Positions 12,531 to 26,066 of a DNA stretch of 64,000 bases are shown in pieces (positions within the stretch are counted from its first letter, which is position 1; the number at the start of each line of letters is the position of its first letter). Below the pieces are notes generated by a model. It saw nothing but the letters and a program-made list of their open reading frames with translations, ran no database searches and was not told the origin of the DNA. This DNA comes from Klebsormidium nitens (taxonomy: Eukaryota; Plantae; Klebsormidiophyceae). Location: NCBI GenBank assembly GCA_000708835.1, contig DF237130.1, positions 96,994-160,993 of the forward strand, read 5' to 3'. The position numbers and the translations under genes are program-made.

Positions 12531-13630
12531 ATCTGTAAGAGTCACAGGATTAGTAAAGCCACATGGCTCAAACCACTCAGTTTCAAGTTCCGCCCTGGTC
12601 AGAATGCCAGAACGCGCGACCGTCAGGTTTGAAGTGAAGGCACAAACGCTCCCAGAAACTCCGATCGTCTCCCCCAAATGAACCTGTCCTATATACTGGT
12701 GTTTCCTGAAAACAAAGCTTTGTCGCTTGAAGTCGACTCTAACGCTCACTAAATGATAATCGCCTCGTTCATGGATTTGTAGCGCCCTTCCTGCGTGCCT
12801 TTTCCCGCTTTCACTTGAGCAAGTTTGCAGAACAGGCTCTGTCTCGCTAGCTCGACAAGTTCGTGCGGCCCCCTATATGGTTTAACACAGTACCAGCTTA
12901 TGTCGATTAGTATATTAGGATATCTGCAAATTTTCAATATATTTACAATACGTCATGCAGTGGGGGACAACGAGTCGGATCGAAGGCTTCCTGGCCAGCG
13001 GAGGAGGGTATATCTTTTACCTTATCGGGCTTATAAGCGCGTCTACCCGTGCGCGCTAAAATGGACGATTATAACTTGCCTCCTGATGAGGCCCAGGGGT
13101 TTTCCCCCACATTCATCAGCAGAACGTCTGCATTCAATGTCAAGGCTTGAGCCTGAGGCGTGCGCTGGAACTTGAAAGGCAGGACGGAGACAGAGAAAGA
13201 GGAAGATCATCACCAAAGAAGACCAGCCGCAGCTCTTGTCAGCAGTTCAGCTTTGGAGCTGAAAAAATCTTGGGTGGAATTGGTGATGCGCCCAAGCGGG
13301 GCTTTCAGTGGTCTGTATTTGAAGTTGCCGGGAGCCAGCACATGCTAGAAGAACTGCTGATTGAGGGTATGCAACAATTGACGGGCGCCAAGTCGAACTG
13401 AAGAAAGGGCGGAGGGGATCACCCGATTGAGGCATCCCAGGATACTCGAGCAATCTTCGAATCAAAACATATAATCAAAGCCCTTCGTAGAAGCTTGGCG
13501 TTGACAGGCCAGTTGTCTTTGCAGGACCCTTTGCCGGCAAGGCGACAAACTGATTGTAACGGCAATATGCGGAGGAGTTCTATCTAGACTTGCCATGTTT
13601 GCCTGAGGAATTTCTTGCCGCCTCGTCAGG

Positions 13631-14409
13631 ATGTCCGGCAAAGAGACCGGGCTCGAGCCTTTTGTCGATCAGCCCGTGTCTGTGATTACAAATGATGGTC
13701 GCAATATTGTTGGAATCCTGAAGGGTTTTGATCAGGCGACGAACTTGATACTGGACGAATCGCATGAGAGGGTCTACTCAACAGCGGTGAGTCGTGCGGC
13801 AGAACTCTCTTGCCTAGTGTCCTACATAAATGCTACGATTGCTGCAGTGGTAGGATAAGATTGTTCAAGTAAGGAAGCCTTAGCAACTTATTAAGCTTAC
13901 TGCAGTAATTCATGTGGTATATTTGTTTTTGTATATCAGAGCAGGCAGTCTCTGGTAAAAAATGGTTCAGTGAGAGCATTCTATCCACTGTTTTGCCACT
14001 TCTCAATGGTGGCGCTTTGTCTTGGTCCCAGCATTCTCCCTGAACTTAGTTCAGGAAGAAACAAGGTCTTGCCTTTGGACTTGCAGGAAGGCGTCGAGCA
14101 GCTGGTTCTGGGACTGTATATCATCCGGGGGGACAATGTGTGAGTGCAATCTTCCGCGATCCTTTTGTGTGAGTTGTAGCAATCTGTTTCGATGCTTTGC
14201 GTGTAGCAAATCTTGATGAACCAGCGTTGTTTCTTTGTCTAAAATTCTAGATTAGTATGTCTTGGCTGTGGCTTGTCCAATCATCAACTTTTAAGCACTT
14301 TGTCATCCTGTTTCACAGAGCTGTGGTTGGAGAACTTGACGAGGAACTGGATTCAAATCTGGACCTGGGTCAGATCAAGGCTGAGCCCTTGAAAGCGATC
14401 TCACACTAG
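13631..14409 (+). CDS. LSM8: U6 snRNA-associated Sm-like protein LSm8
   Basis: Exons 13631-13786, 14087-14139 and 14319-14409 give MSGKETGLEPFVDQPVSVITNDGRNIVGILKGFDQATNLILDESHERVYSTA EGVEQLVLGLYIIRGDNVAVVGELDEELDSNLDLGQIKAEPLKAISH, carrying Sm1/Sm2 motifs and the LSm8-type C-terminus. Confidence 0.95.
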
Positions 14410-15860
14410 GCCTGGAGCAAGGTGCGTTTTGTCCGAGTTGTGTCTGTAAGGTCGAAGTTGTGTTCTCCAAACTGTGATTCCTTGCAAGTCAGCTTGTAAA
14501 ACCACTACCAAAGCTGGAGGTAAAAGGGCGGCAGCGGATCAAAAGCGTTGCGCTACTGAAACCGCTGTCATGTCTTAATGCGAAAAGTCGCCTGTGAACA
14601 AGGAACTTGCGCTATTAAACGGGCTTCCCAATTCTGAATCAGTCAATGTGCAATTTGTCCACGGCAAAAACCTGTTAACATCTCTGCATCAAAGTCTTGA
14701 CAAGGGGGGGCATGGATTGCCGGCTTGCATGTCTGGCGCAATTATGAAAAGGTCTGGCTCAATCAATCGTGATGCATATGCAATGGATATGGCGTCGTAC
14801 CGCATGGTGGTACTAGGCTCACAATCAATCCGCGGTCTCAATGTTTTGTCGCAGAGTACATATCCAGGCTACGTATGATAAACATGGATACATTGGGTAT
14901 ATATCATTGGACTTATGTTTGTTGTCATGCAGGAGAAGCCTTCAAGTTTCGAATTCCGACAGTATAGTTGCCAGAGTATTTCTGCTATTTTTGCACACGC
15001 ATCTGGCATGTATTTACGGAGGATTGTCGCACGATCTCTCAAGGTTCCACATGTATACGCATAAAACTAAAGTACACTCAGGCATGCATGTGAGGGGCGC
15101 ATTGCATAGTGACCCAGTGCTATAGCGCTATACTTGAATATATATAGCATACAATACATGCAGATCACATATATGTGGCACATGAGCCGGGCCAGCTCCG
15201 GATCGCGAGCCGTCCCGCCATGCATTCCATTCGACTGAGCCTCCGACTCAAGTACAAAATGGCGGGTCCTTTTTACCCAAAGATTCTGACGCCAGCTTAT
15301 TTCGAAGATGGCCACGCAGTTGAGGCCGGAATGGGCCATGCAGCTAGCCGGGCTGCCCGTAGCCGGCCCGCACAAAGAGTCACGTACGGCATATAGTCAA
15401 CAGCTTCCCTCAGTGCGCAAAGCTACGCCGATGGCGCATGATGTGTCACTGACCATGCGTGACCCGCGGCGAGTTTATTGGAGCGAAGGTGGCAATTGAG
15501 ATGTGAAAGGTGCAACTTTGTAATCGTCAAGGACAACTCGGAACATATCGATTAAATCAGAACTCTGATCGACGAGATCAGAAACTCAATTTTTCTAACT
15601 AGCTTAGCGCGTGGCAGGGGTCGGACTGCTTAAGGCTTTGGCCCGCCAAGCTTGCGCCAAGCTGAGCACCCTTACTGGTATCATTAATTGTCAAGTTATG
15701 AACGACAAACAGGTAGATTTCGACCAGGTGGGCGCTGGATGCTTCTCTCAGCTTGTCCGAACTGCCCATGAGTCGTCAGGTCATGTCCAGCGCCCCCCAG
15801 AAGGCGCTGCCTCGTAAATTGCCCCCACTCACAACTGAGTCCCGACAAATTGGCCCCAGC

Positions 15861-18800
15861 TCATACCACGGCCACGTCGGATCTCATGAGCTTCAGCGCC
15901 GCTTCTTCCGTTGGCAGCGCAGGAATGGCGCCCCTCTCTGTCGTGGTAATCGCCCCGCACGCGTTTGCAAACAAGAGCGTGTCCCGTAGCTTCTTCTCGT
16001 CTTTGTACAACTCGGGGTCCGCAGCGAGCTTGGTCAGGAAGCCAGCCACAAACGCGTCCCCCGCGCCTGCAATCGAGAAAAGAAGATCGTGTTTTACCCC
16101 CTTGTTTCGGCTCGAAGAGCACAAACTGCTCTGAAGCATGGTTTTGTCTCGGAGATGGACAAATCGGAGGGAATGGTTCACCCCATTGCCGAGCGATCTA
16201 GCGCTCTTCTAATATGGTGAAACGGCCGACCACCAATTTGGAAATACACAGCGCCACAGTCGAGGGATGAATTCACTGGGGTGACCCGCCGAGCATCCCT
16301 TCGCCAAACCGAAAACGCCTCGCAATACTGACACGACGACAGGTCCCTTCTAGACCGTTTCTCTCATAGACGATCTCATAGACGATCTCCTATAATCCCG
16401 AAAGCATTAACACACTGGCCCACGCCGGCCAAAGGGGGCTTTAACGTTGAGCTTCCATCAAACAGATACATTGCCCTTTCAGATTCGACTTTCACCTGTG
16501 GTGTCGACGGCGTCCACTTTGAGGCCGGGGACCCGCCCCTGGCAGCTGTGCGTGTAGTAGCGGCTGCCCCCCGACCCCTCCGTCACCAGCAGCAGCTTCG
16601 CGTTGCCCCGGAACAGCGACCGGGCCACCTCGTCGCTGTAGCCGTCGCCGGCCTCCGTCAGAAACGTCAGCTCCTCCTCGCTGATCTGGACGAGGCGAGG
16701 GACGAGTCGTAGAGTCAGCATCGGGCTTGCGCTCTATCTGCGAAAGTACTGCCATCTCTGCTCGTGCAGGAAGCAGTCAAGCAAGAGATGTTTTGCTTGA
16801 TATCATTTCGACTCAGCATCAGGCTTTCCGGTCTGACCGCGAGAACTCCCGCCGTATCTGCTCGGGCAGAAAGCAATGATGCCGAGGGGTTCTTTGCTTG
16901 AGGTTCGTATTCGACCCGCGGGTGTTACCATGCCGCGCATATGTTCGGGAAGTCAAGCTCGGCCGTTGCACGAGAAAAGACGGAGCGAAAGAGAAAGCGG
17001 CGTGGTAGACATCGCCACCTATAACGGGAACAATGCATGTTTTGTGCTCGTTCGTTTTCCAGATCTTCAATCGAAGTCGTACGCGGTTGTTAGCTCCCCC
17101 AGTTGGCTACGGAGCGCAAGGGCTGCCATAGGTGCTTTGCGGAGAGGCCATGGTCGAAGAACTCCGTAGGAATTCTGTCCATGTGGTGGCAAACAGGCGG
17201 ACGGGATGAGATGGACAACGTGATGCGAAGTATGCGCGAACGAGATCCGGGGAGCATACGGAGCACGTATCCGACATGCGGTCCGCGTGGTAGCGAATGG
17301 CGCCCCGAGTCAATCGGCAAGGGCCGTTGAGATCCACTGTAGCCTGCTTATTCCCCCTCACCTTGATCATGTCTGCCTGGTCCCAGATGGAGAAGATGCC
17401 CTCCCGCGCGGTGGCCTCGTCGGGCCATAGCGGCTTGCGCAGGTTGGGGTCGTATGATAGCCACGCGCCGTTGTCCCGTGCGACCTGCATGGCCGCCAGG
17501 TGCGCCGACTTGCACGGCTCCGAAATTAGCGAGATGGATCCGTAGTGGAAGATCGTCGCCTGGAGAACACAACCGACTGGTCAGTCATCGAGCGAGTTCC
17601 GTCTTTGTTTTTACTCGGGGTTATAGGGTCTAAAGCAAGAGAAACCAAAGTATGGCGGTTTTGTACTATCAAGATATATACAACAGACTCTGACGTCAAT
17701 TGGGGCTACTGATCTGCATGATGCGGCCGCCATGAAATAGAGCGGTAATGGATTGTGTTAAGAAGTGTGACAAGTTTCAAATGGAACACAAAGTACTATA
17801 ATTCGCGCTGATGCACAATGATTGATACTGGCTGATGCTGCTTTTCGAAAATCGAAGAAGAGGGTTACGATCAAACCGAGAAGGATGCACAGCCGAAGCG
17901 ATAGACGCCATTATATCGGAAACGGACATCAGCGACCTGGCACATAGACTGGAATTTCGAGATCCACGAGGATTTCCCGATTGCGGCTTTCAGGACATGT
18001 TACGAACTTCACTAGCTTTCTCGCCGAGCCCTTGTCATGCCGAGGATCAGTGGGCTACATACGATAGAGACTTGCAATCAGCACTTAGAATCCAGAATCA
18101 GGGACAGTCTAGTTTACCTTTCTAAGGAGGTCTGTGTCCAACTCGTCTGGCGTCAGCAGCATGTCTGCACTCGGGTTCCGGTAGAACATGAACTCCCGCT
18201 CCCCGTCCGCCCGCAAGGTCACAAACGCGAGGGCCGTGCGTGCGCCTTGGTCGAAAATGATGCCGTCGGTGTTGACCCCGTTGTCCTATCCGAAACAGTA
18301 GGAAGAATTAGTTATGACACGATTGAGGTAAAGCCTTCTAGCTCTCCAATGAGATTCCGTGTTCAAATGCTTATGCCTTGAAACACTTCACCAGAAGGAG
18401 ACGATGTTTGCCGTGAGGATAGTTGGGCCTTCTGAAAAGATCTGGTATGGCAGAAAATCTCAATAGATTTGGTACAACTCGAGCCGAAGCCCAACAAAGT
18501 AGCTTTATGAACGAAAACATACGTACTTTGTCTTGCCTCATAATGTTCTTTAGCAGTCACACAAACACAAGTGACTGCTCTCGGGTTCAGTTGCTCATGG
18601 CTAGGAACCCTTCACCAGAACGAAGACCATGTTTGCTACGAGGATAGTTAGGCCTTCTTCTGAAAAGATCTGGGATTGCAGTCATGAATTCTTGTCTCGC
18701 TTCATAGTGACCTTTAAACAGCAATGACACAAACACGAGACCTCAGAACCAACAATTGCTTCATCCCACTATCATCAACCATCTGACCGTTTTGGAGATT

Positions 18801-20170
18801 TTGTCCTGAGTGGACTGTCCAATAGAATCGTGAAATACATGACTGCAGCTCACACCTTCAGGAGGTCCGCGAGCATATGCCCAAACTCGTCCTCCCCCGT
18901 CTTCCCCACGAACGCAGCCTTGCCTCCCAGCCTGGAAATCCCGACCGCCACGTTGGCAGGGGCTCCCCCGGCCGCTTTCTTGAACGCGGGGGCCTCTGCC
19001 AAGGAGACTCCACTCACGGTGGGCACAAAGTCGATCAGGACCTCCCCAAAGGAGATAATGAGAGAGTCTGACGTCTGTGGGACGTCTGCTGCCGCCGATG
19101 CATGCGTCTGGACCGTGCCTGGAGTGTGGGGGGAAGATGAAGTTACAACGGCGGTGCATTGCGTGAACTGGGGCCATGTAAGCATGTTTGCTTGTAGAAG
19201 ACTGTGTGGATAGAAGTTGGCGATGCTGATGGTGGTGGTAAGTTCCAAATTGATTGTCCCAAAGTATGATCCGGAGTGGTTATGCTTCGTTAAATCATTG
19301 TTAAGGGTATCTTTTGATCATTCACTTATGAAAAAGATTTTGACTGATTCTGCGTTCAACCTGATGGTGCTATCTTGTACCACCAGAAAAGTTGGTCTCT
19401 CAGGGCAACTTGTTTTGTAACAGTTTAAGGATTGAGCACCAGTTATTGACCACCACATAGCAAGTCAATTAAGGTCAGATCCAGAAACCAATACACGCTT
19501 GACTTTGTGCCACCTAGGGTGCTAGATCTGTAGATTTGAGGGAGCGGCCCGCCCACTAGATTCATTCAGGAGGCCAGTAGAAAGGGCATCAGTACGTTCG
19601 ATGCAGTTGTTTGAATGCAGACACATTTGCAGTTCAGAAGTTCTCAGAGCTGTGAAACAAAAGGACTTCAATTGATCAATGACAGCTTACTAGAATCACA
19701 GCTAACAAAACTGTCATGAGAAAACCCCCTTTCAGCTACCCATCATGCGAATTTGAATTTGTCGCTTGATTGTTGATGGTGTGGTGGTTTGGCCCGATCT
19801 TGGGGCGTTAGGCTCAACACAGTTTTCAATTCACATGTCAATGCGGAATTGCAGAAATAAGCAGAAGATATAAAGATCGAGGTACACCTCTTTTGTTTGC
19901 GCCATCTCCACTGCCCACGAATTTATGAACCTGCAGCCTTTTCCCTCTGCTGAAGGAGCCTCTGGTTTGATCAGGAGGACTGCAGCGATTGGATGAAGAA
20001 GATACTTCTGTGCTTGACCGGATGCACAGTTGGGTGTTTCTGAAACATCTTAGAAAGTGCCTGTTGTTTACCAAGGGCAGTCCTGTTGCTGCCTCTGTCC
20101 TGCAGCCAAGTGCAGATTGGAGGCAGGAAGGACCTGCACCATGGATCCGAGCTGATATCTGGACCGCCAT
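15861..20170 (-). CDS. FRK: PfkB-family fructokinase, probably plastid-targeted
   Basis: Core exons ~19185-18856, 18285-18118, 17559-17362, 16685-16496 and 16066-15861. Motifs [46 protein letters not shown]|AGDAF. The upstream exon from ATG 20170 ([11 protein letters not shown]...) looks like a transit peptide, but its splicing to the core is unresolved. Confidence 0.9.
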
Positions 20171-20948
20171 TTCTGTTGTCTCATGCAATGCCGCTTCTTC
20201 CTCACACGTTACGCACGTTGTTCCGGAGCTGCAACAAGAGGAGGCTGTCCAAGGAGAGTTGGCGCTAGCTGATGGAATTTGGTTTGGACCGTTTGGCCTC
20301 TTGGCAACTTGAAGTTGAACTTGAACTGTCTTGGCATCAGAACCAGGGCTCCATCACATTTCTTCACCCCTCTTCCTCAGGCTCTTCAGCGGCTCAGCCT
20401 TCAGATCACCTGCCAAGTGACACTTGTCACCAAGACACGCGTCCTCACATCCAAGATTCTTAGTTGTAGCACTACGAAGAACTGCAGGCCGTGGTTTTTA
20501 CCTGTCAAAGCATCCGACGGCTCACATGTTAAAGTTGGCTCGACAGTCAATGGCCTTCAAGTTTTTCCTTGCCACGGTGGAAGATCCTCATTTGCGGTTG
20601 GCATCCTCTAACCACCTCAGCACACGTGACATCGAAGCTCGCCTTCCATTGGCCGCAATCTAGCTCCTTCGAGGAGCGAGCAAGCTGCACTTTCCTTGCT
20701 AAAAGTTGCTGTCTCATGAGTCATGACAATGTTGCTCTGCAGAATGTGAAAGCGCGTTGAATGCCGCCATGTTGCAGTAGATTTCGTAGGATAGTCCTGT
20801 AGACACCTGTGTGTGGCACCTGGCGAGTTTCCAGGTCCCCACTTGCAATCCTAGACCTTCTCATTAATCCCTTGGCTTTTTTTGGACACCGGTTGAGCAA
20901 GCAACATTTTAGAAGTCGGTGGTCACGCGTCGATTGAAAATCTCAGAA

Positions 20949-23900
20949 ATGGAGGGGAACGGGCAAGCAAAGCTGTGCCTGTTTTTGGTTTTGTTCGCAT
21001 GTTGCACTTTGTTCGTGGTTGATGCTCGGCCCTTTGGTCTTGCAAGCATTTTGAACTTACCAGGTTCTGCTGCTACCAGTGAGCAACCAGTGTTGAACAA
21101 CCGGCCACTCATTGGTATTTTGTCTCAGCCCGGAGATGGTGATGGGGGCGAGGTTGTACACAAGGATGAAGAAGCCAAGTACAACACATCATACATTGCA
21201 GCATCTTATGTGAAGTTTGTGGAGACTGGAGGAGCGCGCGCTGTTCCAATCAAGTACGATGCTTCAGACGAGGAGCTAGAGCGGGTGAGCTCTTGTGCGA
21301 CGCTCAGGCATTGACTTGCAGACAAGCGGAGGTTCCTGTCCTGACTGAGAATGTCGAAACCCTTTTGCATGCTCCAACTTCAGTTATCCATCGCTTCATA
21401 AGGAATCAATTCATCCTGCTCAAATGCAACGGTAAGAGTTTCCCAAACGCCAGGCTTTTAGCGGGCCACTCGCTTTGCGATATTTGAATCGGTTCTAGTC
21501 TGATGCGATGACAATGAGCTTATTAAATCGGAACGCGTTCGTTTCTGAACCTGCTAGTATCAAGCATGTGCCTTGGACTACTTTGCGCCAGCCGTTGTTT
21601 TGTATGTTGCACTCGTCACATGCTTCTGACAGTTCTTTAATTGCCCGTCCCTTGTCGTGATTCCTTAGTATGGGGTCAGGCTGTTTCAACGTTTGCACTT
21701 TTTCTCCAAGCGCTTCTTTGTCCATGCGAAAAATGAAGACAGTATCCAGGATGCAATTGTGGTTCCCTGATATTTGTAATGATGTGGCATATGCAAAACC
21801 ACCTTCATTAAACAAGACCATTATGTCGCGAGGATCCAGCTGCAATATAACGTCAAGTCTTGCGTCGTGATACAGATTTTCAAGTCCATCAACGGCCTTG
21901 TGATCCCCGGGGGTGGGGCCGACCTGCACCTCAACACCACCATCATGCACGCAGTCAGCAAGCTTCTGCAGGTAAGTTGTCGCTATTGATGTTGCTGGAT
22001 GGGGACCAGAGCTCTGTACCCAATGTGGTTCAGCCACCCGCCACCCTCCACAGAATCGTGGTGCCGCGTCTGAAACACGAAGCTGCTTGCGGTGCAAATC
22101 TGCTGAACAATGACTTCAACACATCTGGACTCGTTCGCATTTGGCATGGCTGTGTGAAATGGCTTTCATCTCAAACTGGGCACGTTTTTCCCACTAACTG
22201 ACCGCTTCTTTTGGGTCCTTGTTGCAGCTAGCTATTGATGCAAATGACCGAGGGGACTACTTTCCTGTGCATGGGACGTGCATGGGCTTTGAGGCCCTCA
22301 GCATCTGGGTGACGCAGGTAAGGATTGGGGAGTGCCGACCCTGTTTGACGGCAGCAAAGCAAGGAAATATTCCACAACGCACAGCTCCAGTTGCTTGTAG
22401 TGGACTTCTTTGTTTCCAGAGTATCTCGGTAAAAGCCAAGACCTTCAGCCGTCTCCTTCAAAGCAGTTGCATCATTCTTGAAGGTTGTGACGCTCATGCA
22501 TAGGGGCGTTCTTTTCCGAGTCCCTGACGACGCCAAGCATTCTTGCAGGATGACGACGTTCTGGAGAAATTTGTAGCGGACGGCATCCCGGGGCCTCTCA
22601 ACTTCGTTTCAAAGGAGGCGCGGCATGGGTCCATGTTCCGGGCCATGAGCAACAAGCTCAAGGACAAGCTGGAGGTCATGCCGCTCGGCATGGAGAACCA
22701 TGACGTGAGCCTGGCGCGCCCACTTATGGTGGAATGAGACTGCAGTGCCATTGCACTCTCCAATCGGGTTGAAAGTGTTGGAATCAGCAGGTCTTTGCTC
22801 CTGCCTTCTGCACCTCTCTTCGCCACCAGGAGCTGCTCCCTCCAAACTGGTCTACGCCTGGGATGCCCGCTAACTTTCAGTTCAATGTTTCAATCCGAAG
22901 GTTTCTTTCTTGGAATTGCCTCTTGCATTCGCTTGCTCTTGTTCAGTACGACAAGCACCTGGCCTGTTGGGGCGTGTGCTCTTTGCTGGGCCCTTGCAGA
23001 CCCTTCCGGCTGGGCGCGTACCGTATTGCTTATGTTCAGTTATCGTCCTTGGTCGCTCCCTTTCTAGTGAGGTGTCCAAGCCGACATCAATCTGATCACC
23101 TATGAGCTCTGATTGCTTCATTCTCGAGCGGGCCTTCTCCTGGCTTCCAATAACCACTGGCACTCCTGTCACGCTGCGAAACGCAAGGCTGCTTCGTCAA
23201 GCTAAATCCGCCTCCACAATCAGCGCCTCTAGGAATCCTAGGCAAAGCCGCGAGTTGTGTTTTCTCCCCTGTTCACCCATCTTGTTGGCTGCAGTTCGGG
23301 CTGTCTCCCGCGAAGATGGTCAGCAACGGCGCCCTGTCCAACTTCTTCCGTATGCTGACCACCACCCCGGACCAGAACGGCAAGGTCTACGTTAGCTCCG
23401 TGGAGGCGCGACACTACCCCATCTACGGCACGCAATGGCACCCAGGTATGCACGTGCGCCAGAGCATGAGAGACGGGACCAAGTTTGCCCTCCCGGTATC
23501 TCGCCAGTTTCGGCTGGATGCTTGAAAAGCCAGAATTTGTTTTCGTTTGTTGCTCGACAAGTTCAGCATTTTGCCGTTTTTCGCCTACTTCCCTTACGAG
23601 GCGGGTTGTTTTGGAATCTCGACTTGATACACCGCGCTTCCAGCACACATTCTTCCTCTATAACGATCTGGAGACAACATCAAGGACCTTGTGACCGTTT
23701 TTTCGCCAGACCCCTGCTTCCAGATGCACAGAGCTGATTCACACTTTTGCAAAAGCTGAAGGCGTTCTGGCTGTCGTCGTTTGTTCCTCGTGACTGCTTC
23801 GATTGCTTTCCATGCACTTCTAAGCCTGCCTTTTATCAATACTTGGCAGAGAAGAACGTGTGGGAGTGGCACGCTCCCGCCATCCCTCACTCGGAAGATG

Positions 23901-24763
23901 CCGTTCTCCTTACTCAGGCGACGGCCAATTTCTTAGTCAGGTGGGTATTCTCTGTTGTTCGTATCCTGATGATCAATGAGCAGCATCCGAGATTGTGCTC
24001 GACGTACGTTAGACGCGCACTCGTTTGCACATGCGGGCTCGGTCAAAGCGCGTCCCCCAAATCTGGCGGTATATGCTTGTCATTTTCGTCCGTGCCGCTG
24101 GCGCAACCTCTGACCTTTGTGGGAAACGGATCTCTCTGGCACTATGGAAGCCAAATTTTGAAAAGCCACTTCCCCATCCTCTGATTCGCTTGCGGCGATT
24201 GTACAGCGAGGCCCGGAAGAGTGGGCACCGGCCTGCTAGCGTGCAAGAAGAGCACGAGCTGCTCATTTACAACTATCAGCCCTACTACTCGGGCAAGGAC
24301 GAGTGAGTCCCCCCCCCCCAATATGCGTTTATTCCCTGGACGGTTGGGGTTTGCTTTGGCTGATTGACTCGGGGCAGCCCCTCCTGCCAACACACTATCT
24401 CTGCTAGCCTCTCATGTGGTTACTCAACATAGCGTAATGGGCCGTCACCGTTTCAGATTATATATCGGTCTGCTTGTTTTTGACACAGCAAGTGGGAAGT
24501 GGATCTGTAGCCCTCCTCGTGCTGTCTTTCAGAAGCTGGTTGCCAATTTTGAAGATTGAGAGCTGATTATATTTCGTCTGAATCGATTAGCAGCGGGCAT
24601 AGTTGTCTGAAAAGCAGGATAGGAAGATGCCAACAAGTATACTCGGTTTCACGCGGCCCTCTCTTGTCATGAACGCAGGAAGGGGTATTTCGATCAGGTC
24701 TACATCTTTGACGCGCCCCCAGGTTCAATAGCCCAGGGAAAGGCTGATGCGAACAATGCTTAG
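20949..24763 (+). CDS. GGH: Gamma-glutamyl hydrolase (peptidase C26) with N-terminal signal peptide
   Basis: About 8 exons. Motifs NNRPLIGILSQPGDG, SYIAASYVKFVETGGARAVP, INGLVIPGGG, catalytic GTCMGFE, YPIYGTQWHP|EKN. Last exon ends in TAG at 24763. Hydrophobic N-terminus LCLFLVLFACCTLFVVDA. Confidence 0.93.
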
Positions 24764-26066
24764 GCGCAAGGCAGGTCTAGAGCAGGTCTAGAACGGTGTA
24801 CTAGACAAAGGGTTTCTCGGCTCTGATTAGTGCTTCACGAATAGTTCAGTCGATGAGCAGACGGTATTGATTTCGAGGTGATTGTACATTCTGTGCTTCT
24901 ATCTGTAGGCATGTGGGAAGTAAGCTAGCAGTAGCCTAGCTTAAGGACTCACAGGGGATACGAAGCTGCGTGCTTGGCAGGCAGGCTAGCAATCGCTTGC
25001 AGGTTCAATTGGGGTTGATGGGATGGATCATAGCTCGCAGGATTATATAAAGTTTGTCAGTGTAGATTAGGCCCGTACATATATACACGTTAGAAGGAAG
25101 GAAGAAGCTTACTGCACCCATATATGTCTAGGGTGCAGTAGAATCATTATCGGAATTCAAACACTCTTAGTACCTCAGTGTATGGTACAGTACCGACATG
25201 GGCCAGTCACAACCCCTGTTCGGGCCACCAGGTTTCTTTTGGTAACATCTCCGTCTCTCTCTAGATAAACATCCAACCAAGCTTACGACACCGTTGGCTC
25301 TAGTACAGTAAGCAACATGGACATGCAACTCATGAGCGGCGCCCGCATTTCGACCTAGTTCGTTCTAGCTCCTATGACCGGCTAGGTCGGATGGAGAGTC
25401 GAGGTGTAATGTAGTCATCAACACATTGGATGCTAGTCATTTCATTTGCTCACACTATTCACTCAGCGTTCATCATTCATGACAATTTGCAAGCCCAGAA
25501 GAGAAGCATAGACAAGCCTGCCTTTACTGAAGACGCGGGTTCCTGAGTGTCCAGATTTCGATCAACTTCGTTCATGATCATGAATCATTGTTGGATGAGT
25601 AGACTCGATGAATAGACTCGACGAATAGATTCGCTATATCGTGGTACATAGTATACGTGCGAACAGGCCCGGCGGGGGCCGCGCGGCTCCGACGGCTCGC
25701 CGCGCCGCGGCCTCCGCGCCCGGGCGGCCGGGCAGCGGCCGCGTGACTTACGCGCGCCGCTGGCGGATTCGCGAAAGCGAAGTTTTGGCGCGAAAGATTC
25801 AAAACCATTTGCACGAGCAATTTGTGCAACAATTGTCAAGCAGGCGGCTGCATTGATTCATGCATGGTTTCGAATCCAGTCTCAGAGTGGCGTCTTCTAC
25901 GACTTGCGGCTGCACGGCCCGTTCGCAGCGCCTGCCCTGACAAGAAAATCAGTTGAACCCCTGATTTGCCATTGTTCTTAGCACTTCATCGCTGCAGGAT
26001 TGCCAGGAAGCCGCTTGTGCTGCCCGCTAGAGGGCGGCCTACCAGGAGGGACTCAACGTGTCGAGG

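Noticed and set aside
13147-13401. 84-aa ORF upstream of LSM8
   Set aside because: Non-ATG start, no recognisable homology, lies in probable promoter or UTR.
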